DNA of 64,000 nucleotides, from positions 9,300,001 through 9,364,000 of the forward strand of contig NC_043017.1 in NCBI RefSeq assembly GCF_006345805.1. The letters are read 5' to 3'. This DNA is from Octopus sinensis (taxonomy: Eukaryota). The position numbers were made by a program, and so were the translations under genes. Positions 12,679-24,924 of the stretch are shown piece by piece; the first letter of the stretch is position 1; the number at the start of each line of letters is the position of its first letter. Under the pieces are notes generated by a model. It did not search any database. It saw only the letters and a program-made list of their open reading frames with translations, and had not been told where the DNA came from.

Positions 12679-13761
12679 GGCACCTTGGGCAAGTGTCTTC
12701 TACTGTAGCCTTGGGCCTGCCAAAACCTTGTGAGTGGATTTGGTAGACGGAAACTGAAAGAAGCCCGTCGTATATATCTATATGTATGTATATGTGTGTA
12801 ACCTTGTATATATCTATATGTATGTGTGTGTGTGTGACCTTGTTTTAGTTGCATGTGACCTGATCTGATTGAGATTTAGAGATAGTGGTGGTGGTGGTGG
12901 TAATTAAAGAAGTGATGGTGGTGGTGGTGGTGGTGGTGGTGGTAGTAGTAATGGTGTTAGGCAATGGTAGCGGAACCGGCAGTGGTGGTCATGGTGGTGT
13001 TGTCAACGATGGCGGTGGTTGTGTTGATGGTGGCAGTGTGTGTGTGTGTGTCGGGGTGGGGGGGTAATGCTATTAGTGGTAATGGTGGAGGTGGTGGTGC
13101 TGGTGGTGGGTGTTGCCAATGAATTTCTTTTTTTAACAGTGTTAACTTGCAAAATATGTCAGTTGTGTGGGAGATATTAGCGGAATGTATTCAACAACAA
13201 CAACAACGACAGCACAAACAGCAGACTTTATTAAATGAGCGAAACACAATTGATTGAATTAATTGCTTCAGTTAATTACTGTTGATTTTTGTAATCAGTA
13301 ACTAATTAATTAAGGCAGCACAAAAAATGCCTTATAAAATATTTCCTCTTTCTCTTTTTTTTACTCCCCCTCCCCTGTCTATCTGCCTCCCTCCTCTCTC
13401 TCTCTCTCTCTCTCTGCCTCTTTCTCTCTCTATCCTTTTCTTTCTGTGTCTCTCACACTCTCTCTCCCTTTCTGTCCCTCTTTTTCTCTCTGTCCTCTTT
13501 CTTTCTCTCCTTCCCACTCTCTCTGTCTTTGCCCCTCTTCTTCTCTCTCTGTCTCTCTCTCACTCCCTCTCTCTTTCCATTTCTCTGTCTATCTCCTCCT
13601 CTCTCTCTCTCCATTATTCTTTCTCTATCTCTGTCCCTTTCACAAATAAGCATGCATACATATACACTCATACATGCACACATATATACACACATCATCA
13701 TCATCATCATCATCATCATCATGATGTCCATGTTTCATGTATATACATATATATATACACA

Positions 13762-13793
<32 letters not shown>

Positions 13794-14075
13794 TATGCAT
13801 ACACTCTCTCGCACACACACAGAAGAATGTACACAATCGTGGCATTCCAATGAAAAATGTTTACAACAGTGACAACAACAACAACAACAACCACAATAAT
13901 AATTACCCGAATAATTAGATAAACATTCAAGAGAGCAACTTTTGTGGAATATATCCTGGTCTTGAGGACTGACGTTGGTGCAAGGTGAACTTAGCCCCGC
14001 AGAAATCGAAAACATCCCCTAGAGACATAATAGTAAGGTAGTGGCACAGGATGAGGGACTCCACATCCAACACAG

Positions 14076-14239
14076 GTAAAAACAACACCAAAACACTTCA
14101 CTTTTCTGTCTTTTTGTGTTTTATTGTGTGCACTCTGCATGTACTGTGTGCTCCCACTGCTGTTTTTCTTTTCATGACTTTATGTGTCTGTTTTTTGTTT
14201 CCTCTTTTAACTTTTTCTGATGGTTTGTGCTCCACCTAG
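14076..14239 (+). other. candidate 164-nt GT-AG intron
   Basis: CAG|GTAAAA donor, no AG dinucleotide until CCTAG|G, U/UG-rich body, TTTTAAC branch-like motif. Confidence 0.45.
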
Positions 14240-14307
14240 GAACAGTTTCTAATAAGCTCACCATTACCATTGTTATTTAAAGAAAAAAAAAACAAAAAAA
14301 TACACTA

Positions 14308-14470
14308 TAGGCACAGGCGTGGCTGTGTGGTAAGAAGCTTGCTTCCCAACCACATGGTTCCAGGTTCAGTCCCACTGCGTGGCACCTTGGGCAAGTGTCT
14401 TCTACCATAGCCTCTAGCCAACCAAAGTCTTGTAAGTGGATTTGATAGATGGAAACTGAAAGAAGCCCAT
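14308..14470 (+). mobile_element. SINE family B, 5' part
   Basis: GGCACAGGCGTGGCTGTGTGGTAAGAAG...GGAAACTGAAAGAAGCC. Confidence 0.85.
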
Positions 14471-14485
14471 CATGTGTGTGCATTT

Positions 14486-14522
<37 letters not shown>

Positions 14523-14840
14523 CACACGCATATGCCTAGTGCAGCCATGCTGGAGCACCTTCTTGAAGAGTTTAGCCAAAGCATTCAACCTTAGTGCTTA
14601 TTTCTAAAGTGTTGTACTTATTTTATCCATCTCTTTTGCTGAACCACTAAGTTACAGGGATGTAAACAAACCAACTACAGTTATGCACCTTTTAACAAAT
14701 TCACTAAAAGGGATCACTTCATGCCCCACCCTCACTTTCCTGTCAGTCCTGATCCTTCAAAGCTATGGTGAGCAGCAAAGCCAGGCCTTTGTCTCTCTGT
14801 GACCACTGGTCACACTTATTTGTCGGCTTACATGCCTCAT

Positions 14841-15155
14841 CATAGAGACTGACACCATAGGGACTGACACCATAGGGACTGACACCATAGGGACTGACAC
14901 CATAGGGACTGACACCATAGGGACTGACACCATAGGGACTGACACCATAGGGACTGACACCATAGAGACTGACACCATAGGGACTGACACCATAGGGACT
15001 GACACCATAGGGACTGACACCATAGGGACTGACACCATAGGGACTGACACCATAGGGACTGACACCATAGGGACTGAAACCATAGGGACTGACACCATAG
15101 AGACTGACACCATAGGGACTGACACCATAGGGACTGACACCATAGAGACTGACAC
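14841..15155. repeat. 15-bp minisatellite (CATAGGGACTGACAC)x21
   Basis: 21 nearly identical units, with variants CATAGAGACTGACAC and one GAAAC. The minus strand reads (YGVSP)n. Confidence 0.95.
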
Positions 15156-15468
15156 ACCTCTGTATACCCTGGCAAACACACCCCTCTAGGCAATGGCACA
15201 TCAACATTGCACCTCCCTTGACCACCAGCATACTACTACCACTGCACTACTACATCCATCACCATCTTGCATAACAACCTGCTTCTGTCTAAATGTACTA
15301 CTGTCACTACCACCACCACCACTACTACTACCACTACTACCACTGCCACTATTACTACCACTGCTACTGCTACTACTACCACTACTACTACCCCCTGCTG
15401 CCGCTACACTATCTGTCCTATTGCCAGGTAAATGGGAGTGGTACTCTAAGTTGTTCGGCCCCTATCCA

Positions 15469-15504
<36 letters not shown>

Positions 15505-15801
15505 GTGTTTGATGTGCATGTCTCATTATTTGCTTCATCACCCATCCATAGCCACACACCACCATCACCACCACCACCATCACCACCACCACCATCACCA
15601 CCACCATCATCACTTACCACCACCACCACCATCATCATTATCATCACCATCATCACTCCTCTAATGAATCTTTAGTGCAGTTCAGTTTGCTGCAGTCAAG
15701 TGACAACAACAACAACGACAACAGCAACAACCACAACCGCAACCACCACTAACTACTGCCACCACAACAACAGCAACAAAACCTGTTCCCCAGGTTAAGA
15801 A

Positions 15802-16039
15802 ATGACGTGCAACAGGTGGAATCCAGTGCTCGGTGCAGTTGCGTTTAGAACTGACTGGTATTGCACGCATCGACCACTGTACAGCTGCATTGTCATCGTC
15901 ATCGTCATCATCATCATCACCATCATCATCATTGCCATCCTCGTTTGTTCGTCATCATCGTTGTTTTTCTGCTTGCGTGATACAAGCTTCTCCTGTCTGA
16001 CAGCCAACAGCCTGTTGCCATGGTGACTGTATACAGGTG
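15802..16039. promoter_or_regulatory. candidate enhancer: CRE half-site, Scratch site, E-boxes, RFX X-box
   Basis: TGACGT (~15803-15808), TGCAACAGGTGG (15808-15819), CAGCTG (15882-15887), GTTGCCATGGTGAC (16014-16027), CAGGTG (16034-16039). Confidence 0.4.
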
Positions 16040-17449
16040 TTATCAGAGCATGTGTCACTGGAGTGTGACATACACATGCACATGGGTGCACACATGGGTG
16101 CACACATGCATGCACACATGTACGCACATGTAGGTAGTCACACATTCACATCGGTATGGAGATATACTCACTGATACGTATATGGACACACACACACACA
16201 CACACATACACACATACATATACAGTCATGCACACTCATATGGACACGCTCATGGGCACACATGTACACACACACATACTTACATTGATACACACATGCA
16301 CACACATACATATGTAGACTTACACATTGACACACAAACATGGATGAATGAATATACATGGACATGCACACATACACACACACACACTTAATCCCATATC
16401 TGCATAGATGCATACACACTCGTATATACAGTAACACACTGAGACACACGCACACATAGACACATTCACTTAGACTTGGACTCACAGACATACAATGTGG
16501 AGACACACACACACAAGTTATTATCATCATCATCATCATCATCATCATCATTTTACATCAGTTTTCCATGTATGTAATTATGTTTGCATAGACAGGCATA
16601 TATATACACACACACATATGTGGACACGGACACACACACACATACACAGACACACACCTATACACACTCATGTACACATTGATATAAACACACATACAGA
16701 TGTGGACTCGTGCATGGACACATACACACTGACACAAACATACAGATACATATAATCATACATCTACACGAACACATTTGCATACGCATGCGAATGCACA
16801 ATCACCTGTCTCCGTAGATACACACACACACACACACATGAACACAGAGCTACACACACAACACATGTATATCTACATGAACACAGTCACATTTATACAT
16901 TCACATGAAAATATATATACACACACACACATATACAAACACATGAACAGAGATATACACGCACTCACACATCAAGATAGACATGTTCACACACACACAC
17001 ATGTGCATCTTTGCTGAGATACACACATCTACATGTATATACATAAACACACAAATCCAGATGATCACACACACACACATACAACATACATCCATATGGA
17101 CACAACCACACACAGACTCATACATGGACACACTGAGACACATACACACATACATAGACATACACACACACATACATATTGACGTGGATGCAGGTATATA
17201 CACATATCCATATAGATACAACTACACACAACCACATACATATACAAACACACACAAACAGACACGACCACACACACATTTACACACAAGTGCATACGCA
17301 CAGAAGCACACACATATACAGGCTCTCTCTCACTCACACACACACACACACATACACACACAAACACAGGTGGAGATAAGTTATCAGACTATCAAGTGAC
17401 AGATCTTAATTCAAACCAAAATCGTCAGACATTGGTGTCGGTTTATTAA

Positions 17450-18112
17450 ACTATGGAATAACGAAAGTGTCACTTATTAAATGTTGAAGTATGGAATAAC
17501 AAAAGTATTGTTTATCAAAATGATGAAGTATGGAATAACAGAAGTATCAATTGCTGAATGGTAAACTACTGAACAGCAACAAACGTTATTTATTAAATGA
17601 TGAAGTATGAAAGAACAAGAGTATAATTTATTATATAATGGGCATAGGCATGTCTGTGTGGTAAGAAGCTTGCTTCCCAACCACATGGTTCCAGGTTCAG
17701 TCCCACTGCGTGGCATCTTGGGCAAGTGTCTTCTATTACAGCATCAGGCTGACCAAAGCCTTGTGAGTGGATTTAGTAGATGGAAACTGAAAGAAGCCCA
17801 TCATATACATGTGTGTGTGTGTTTGTGTGTATCTATGGTTACCCCCACCACCACCACCACCACATGACAACTGGTGTTGATGTGTTTATGTCCTGGTAAC
17901 TTAGCGGTTCATCAAAAGAGACCAATAGAACAAGTACCTGGTTTAAAAAGAAATAAGTCCTGGGGTTGATTTGTTCAACTGAAATTCTTCAAAGCGATGC
18001 ACCAGCATGGCCAGAGGCTAATGACTGAAACAAGTAAAGGTTAAAAGATGATGAAGTATGGAATAACAGAAGTATCATTTACTGAATGATAAACTACGGA
18101 ATAACAGAAGTA
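17450..18112. repeat. ~38-bp minisatellite (TGATGAAGTATGGAATAACAGAAGTATCATTTACTGAA-like) interrupted by a SINE B at ~17645-18040
   Basis: TATGGAATAAC-like words recur at ~37-40 bp spacing in 17450-17620 and resume at ~18048. Confidence 0.75.
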
Positions 18113-18456
18113 CTGATTTAGGCAGGGTATCAGTCAGTACCATTCACTCTGGTACCTGGACTGGACGAAGTTGACTTCAATGGGATTTGAACTCAGAATG
18201 TAAAGAACCAGAACTGCCGTGAAGCATTTCGTCTGACTTGCTTACAATTCTGCTGATTTTCCACCTTAATAACTACAATAATCCTCAAGGCAGAAAATTG
18301 ACAGAACCAGGAGCATGGCTGGTTGATTACATAGATGCCAGTACTTGATTGGCTCTTATTTCATCATCTCTAAAAGGATGAAAGAGTTGGACTCAGCAGC
18401 AGAATAATAATAATAATAATAATAATAATTATAATAATAATAATAATAATAATAAT

Positions 18457-18669
18457 ACTAAGGCTACTCGACCTGAAGAAAATTTTAACTGGGCCCCACC
18501 TGCAAGGTCATGCGCTGTTAATCTTGATATGAGATCATCATGTCATGCACATATGGTTGTGATGCATGTGCCTGGTGTGCTCTTATCAGACAGGTAGTCA
18601 CGATGGGTATAGTGGGCTTTGTATATCTTACCCCAGTGTCACTTTGATGGCATGCACTGCTCTCTCACT

Positions 18670-18719
<50 letters not shown>

Positions 18720-19225
18720 GCCCTGATGCAGTACCAGGCAGTGACTCTCATGGCTCCTGTCATTGTTTTGTGTTGGTATAAAAGATGGGCTACAGCAAAT
18801 ATTCTACTCAATACCACAGATTTGCTTATCAATTGTTTGACCTTAACCATTTGAGCCTGTCCGTTGATGGTTGATGATATGTGCATCTCTGATCATGAAC
18901 AGAAGTAGTTGGGGAGCATCATAGCCATGTGTTGAGAGGGATTCTTTGGCATTTAAATAATTCACCTCTGGAAACACGGATGTTTCATTCAACATCCTTA
19001 AACCATATTCAGGAACCTTTTGAGTGGGATGGGCTACTTGTCCTGAAGAAAATTCAACTGGGCCCCACCTGCAAGGTCATGCACTGTTCATCTTGATATG
19101 GGATCACCATGTTGCACACATATGAGTGTGATGTATGTGCCTGGTGTACCCTTATCAGATGGGTAGTCATGATGGGTATGTTGGGCTTCAGTGTCGCTTT
19201 GATGGCATGTGCTGTTCTCTATGAG
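18457..19225 (+). mobile_element. family F element: 5'-truncated copy (18457-18670) and near-full copy (18717-19225) separated by (AAT)n
   Basis: Shared GGGCCCCACCTGCAAGGTCATG...ACTTTGATGGCATG sequence with 1811-2185. Confidence 0.8.
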
Positions 19226-21471
19226 AATAAAAAATTTTTGTTGGTTAGTTATTTTTAGCGTTTTGACAGAAAAAAGTCATTCTAAAATTGCTTTTTAATG
19301 TAAGCATACCCAAACAATTTGAATGCTTACACAGAGCAGGTTTTACAGCCAAATCATCCAAACCGACCAGGTGAAACCATGCTTAGCTGCTAGTCATGAA
19401 TAAATATGAATGCCATTTGTCTGCCATTTTTATCTGCAGTTCATCTCTTTGGACAAGTTGAGGTCTGAGTCTGTTGACTTTGTGACGTGGTGATGTGTAT
19501 ATAATATTTCTGATTCGTATGTATGTGAGTGTGTCTATATATAGATATGTGTATTGATATTTTGGTTGAGTCATTTTCTTCCTACTCTGAGGTTCACCTC
19601 AGGGTATACAAGATCTACCCATAGTCAAGACATCATTAATCTCTATGTGCATAGATGTATCGTTCCTGGTCATGCTGGAGCACTACCTTGAATGATTTTA
19701 GTCTATTGACTCAACCCCTGTGCTTTTATTTTTCTTGAAGACTGGTATTTATTCTGCTGGTCTCTTTTGCCAAACCACTAAATAAGGGATGTAAACACAC
19801 CAACACCAGTTGTCAAGCAGTGGTGATGGGGTGCAAACACACACATGACAGATTTTTTTTTTAGAAAATTACTATTTGTAAATCTCTCAACAAGAGATAT
19901 TCAGCAACAGTACTTTGGAGTAAAAATTATTTGCCAGCCTAACATGGCAGTCCTGGTTTAGGATGAATGTTGGCGCTGAATTACAGCAACATTCATCCTA
20001 AACTAGGACTGCCATGTTATGTTGCTCTAGGTTTCTTTCAGTTTCCATGTACAGAATTCATTCACGAAACCTTGGTCAACCCAAGTCTCTAGTGGAACTT
20101 ACCTGTCCGAGGTGCCACGCAGTGTGATTGAACCTGGAACCACATGGCTTCTTACCACACAGCAATGCCTGAACATTTATAAATAAAATCTGTGGTGTGG
20201 CATGGCTTTGGAATGTGTGTATAATAGGTGTTTGGTGTGAATGCATGTAGTATATGATGGGAAGAAGTATGTGGTGTAGAAAAGGGAGGGTTGTGTGGAT
20301 GTGCAGGTGTGGTGTATTCATGGGGTGAGCCACTGAGGATTGTGCATGTGGGGCACTAATGCTACATGTGGAGAAAGGACTCGATACGTCACTCTGTGTG
20401 TGTGTGTGTGTGTGCGTGTGTATGTTTGTGTGTATGTGTGTGTGTTTATCTGTGTGTGTATGTGTGTGTGTATGTGTGTGTGTGTAATTGTGTGTGTGTA
20501 TTTGTGTGTGTGTAATTGTGTGTGTGTGTGTATTTGTGTGTGTGTGTGTATAAGACAGAGTGCTGTGTGTGCGGTTTGGTGTGGCATTGACAGCAATGAG
20601 GCTGTGTGTATGTGTATCCGTGTGTGTGTGTGTATCTGTATCTGTGTGTATGCTTTTGTGTATGTGTATGTGTGTGATGTAGAACAGTAAAGGTGTTGTA
20701 TGTGGTGATTCAAGTGTGAAACAGAGATGGTTGTGTGTGTGCGTGTACTTGTATGGCAGGTTGTGGGGAGCAGTGGGGGGTTGGTATATATGCGGTGGAG
20801 AGTAGTGGGTGGTGGGTGAGAGAGGGTTGTCTTCTTTATGCTTTGGGTCTCCTAAGTGCTGAGTAGTGTTGTGTAATTCTGGTAAAGTATTTGTGAGTGT
20901 ATATGTGTGTATTTATGCGTGTGTATTTGCATGTGGGTAGGTGTGTGTGTGTGAGTGAGAGAGAGAGTGTGTGTGTATATATTTGAGTGTTGGAGAGACT
21001 GTGTGTGAAAGTGTTTGAGAGTTGTGTATGTATGTGAGTTTGTGGGTGAGTTCATTTGTGTGTGTATGTGTTTGAAAGTGTGTTTGTGTGTAGTCCAGGG
21101 AGGGAGCCGTGAAGAAAACTCCATGTTCCATAGTGAGAGCAGCGATGACTGCATGTCTGGTCAACGGTTTTAGTGAGGGTGCGGGTGGGCAAGGGTCTCC
21201 ACTCTGGGTGTGGTGCAGGCCCATTAGTGCAGCCGGCAAACAAGAAAAGAACAACAACAACAAAAACAAAGGCCAATCGATAGCTTTCGCTTTCAAAGTC
21301 CTCTTCAGTAGTTCAGGTAGAAGGCAGTCCTCATTAATCATATATCACCGATTACTATAATTGGTCAGAGAGAAACGTTTACAGGGTGAACAACAGTAAA
21401 TTATAATAATAATAATAATAGTAATAATAATAATAATAATAATATCAATGACAACAACAATGATGATTTTG

Positions 21472-21510
<39 letters not shown>

Positions 21511-21630
21511 TAATAATAATAATAATGATGATGATATTATACTTTGTGGTCTGTCGAGTGTATATTGTCTGTGTTTATGCAAATAATTTTATCGTTCTAT
21601 ATATGTATGTATATATATATACAAACTCCA

Positions 21631-21695
21631 GTTAATATGGTAACACTACTTATCTCCCATACAGCATGTCTCTAGGTTATGGTTGCTATGGTAAC
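21631..21695. promoter_or_regulatory. pair of RFX X-box motifs
   Basis: GTTAATATGGTAAC (21631-21644) and a perfect GTTGCTATGGTAAC (21682-21695) in unique sequence. Confidence 0.5.
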
Positions 21696-21849
21696 TGTCA
21701 GAACCCATGCTGACACAGAAGAATGACAAAAGACTTGCCGTTTGTTTCCCTCACCTTCCTACTTGTTTCAGTTGTTGGATCGCGACCATGCTGGGGCACC
21801 ATGTTTGAAGTGTTTTAGTATAGTGTTAAAAAAAACCCACCCCAGTACT

Positions 21850-21906
<57 letters not shown>

Positions 21907-22870
21907 TTTGTTTTTAAGGTCAGCTCTGATAATTATTCTGTTGGTTTCTTTTGCTGGACTGCTAAGTTATCAGGATTGAAACAAACCAATGCCAGTTATC
22001 AAGCAATGAGGTGGGTGGGTGATGATAAAGACAAACCCAAAGGCCCCTTAATCTTTTGAGTTCATAGGAAACCTCATTAGTGCTAGTGTCGTAAAGAAAG
22101 CACCCAGTACACATTGTACCATGGTTGGCATTAGGATGGGCATCCAGTCATAGAAACTATAACAAAACTGACATTGGGGACCTGACACAGCCCTGCGGCT
22201 CATCAAATCCTATCAGACAGTCTAATCCATGGCAGTATGGAAAACAAGTGGAAAAGGATCACACATGCACACACACACACACACAACTGGTTTTCATGGA
22301 GTTTCTGTCAGCCAAATCCACCCACAAGGCATTGGTCAACTCAGGGCTATTGCAGAAGACAATTGCCCAAGGTGACATGCAGTGGGATTGGACCTGAAAC
22401 CTCAAGATTGCAAAATGAGCTTCTTAACCACAAAGCCATACAATTTGGCCATCTCATCTTTTTTCTATTGTTAAGAACCTAGCTCAATCCAGATCCAGCT
22501 AAACTATGATCAGAGGTATTCCACCTGTGACCATCTCACCTTTTTGTAAATCTAGGGTCTAGCTCTGTTCTGGTCCAGTGGAGCTATGATCAAAGATGTT
22601 CCAACTGTGACCATCTCACCTTTTTGTATATCTAAGACCTATCTCTCTGGAGTTATGATGTGTGGGGTTCCTTGATTTGGCCATGAAGAACTCCTCCCCA
22701 ACCCACCCTCTCTACCCCTATTTAAGGAATTTTTGTTGTTTAAATTTTGTTGTTGATTCTTATTGCTATTTTGTACAACCCCTTTGTCCTTCGTGTTGTA
22801 ACATCCCTATTCTGTGTTTTGGCCCTTGTGGCCAATAAAGAAAAGACTCCTCCTCCTCCTCCTCCTCCTC

Positions 22871-22908
<38 letters not shown>

Positions 22909-22999
22909 GGATTGCAACTATAATTAGAATATTACAAGAAAAGAAAAAATACCCAAGAAAAAACGAAAATTACAAAGGAAATATTTTCAAATGTTCATT

Positions 23000-23105
23000 T
23001 TTCTTTCTGAAATTCTTTATATTATTATTATTATTGCTGTTATTATTATTATTATTATCATTATTATTATTATCATCATTATTATTATTATTATTATTAT
23101 TATTG

Positions 23106-23200
<95 letters not shown>

Positions 23201-23230
23201 TTATTATTATTATTATTTTTATCATTATTA
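23000..23230. repeat. (ATT)n microsatellite
   Basis: Directly visible. Other long (AAT)n tracts lie at 21405-21535. Confidence 0.95.
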
Positions 23231-24107
23231 TAAATTTTTTTTTTATTATTATCTACTTTCCTGTTGTTCCGTTGGGTGATTTGTTTTTTGTCGTTTTTTT
23301 TGTTCTTTTCATTTATATATTTTCTTGTTTTAATTATTTTTTTTTTTAAAAAAAAAACCATTTTATTTTCTTTTATTACTTTTTTCAGAACTTTTTTTCC
23401 TTCTTCTTCTTCTTCATTTGTATTTCTTTTATTCATTTCTTCTTCTTTTTTTTTTTTTTCTAACTGTGGTGCAACTCGTTTCAACTTGTCTTAGAGTTTC
23501 TTCACGCTGTTATCGACACTTGCTGCTGTTGTTGTTGTTGTCGTCGTCATCGTGTGTTGTTATTGTTATTGTTGTTACCAGCGTGGCAATGCACTGCCAC
23601 TTAAAGTAGTTTATCTAGTTCACTAAGTTGTTTAGTATGTTTCCTGTATTGTTTAATATTATTTTTCTTGTTGCTGCAGTTGTTGTTGTTGTTGTTATTG
23701 TTGTTGTTGTTGCTTCCTACTTTACACACATGCAGTGTCTCTCTCTCTCTCTCTCTCTCTTAATGACCATGTTGCACCATCTCGCAAACACACCATCATG
23801 CCATTGCACACAGGCATGTGTGTATATATAAATATATATATATGTGCACACAGACATGCAAAAGCATGTAACAAACAGCGTCGCATGCACATGTGTACAC
23901 TCCATCTCACACACACATACACACATACATAGCGCCATGACTCGATCATGTACACAAAATCACATAGACTCACACACACAGACACCACACATACCTGTGT
24001 AGATGCCATCACATGCAGTCACATATGCTATCCAATGCACATGTATATTGTGAAGCACACACAATCTCACCTATCACCATGCACTCACTGCGGACCACAT
24101 ACATACG

Positions 24108-24158
<51 letters not shown>

Positions 24159-24460
24159 GTAGGTAGATAGATATGTACATACATATGTATATGTATGTAT
24201 GTATAAATATGTGTGTAATTGTTTATATATATGTATATATATATATATATATATGTAGATAGGTGTGTGTGTATGTATAATCTGCATATGTATATGCATA
24301 TCTTTGTGTGTGTGTACATATATATATATATATATGTATATGTGCATCTATATATATATGAACATTCTGACATATGTATACTCACACATACACACACAAG
24401 ATAAAAGGCTATTTCATTACACAGCTTCTCTTCTAAACCAGTTCTACAGTAATATACATA

Positions 24461-24525
<65 letters not shown>

Positions 24526-24924
24526 GTTGGTCATGATCAATAACAAGTCCTTTAATAGAGCAAATATTGACTGTTTCACTCGTCACTCATCTATGTGTGT
24601 GCATGAGTGTTGCTCTGTGTCTGTGTGTGCGTGTTATCCATTTACTATATATATATGTATATATATATATATGTATATGAAAGCAAAATTTAATCAATTT
24701 GCCAGGGTACTAGCCAATAAAAATCCAAGGGTCTACTGATTAATAACACTTTCAATAACACTTTTGTTGTGTCTGTGGTAGCCGAAACATTTAACTTTGA
24801 AAAGCTCCAGTCCACCTAACCACAGCTGAGCAGTGCATTTGTCATAACAGCGCTTGGCATTAGGCAAGGACAGCAATGTTGAATTATGTTAACTCACTAG
24901 CTTTTCATTTGCTTTTGGGCAGCT

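Noticed and set aside
21090-21360. Overlapping ORFs including a signal-peptide-like MAFVFVVVVLFLFAG
   Set aside because: The start is TTG rather than ATG, the hydrophobic run comes from a (GTT)n microsatellite, and there is no supporting splice structure.
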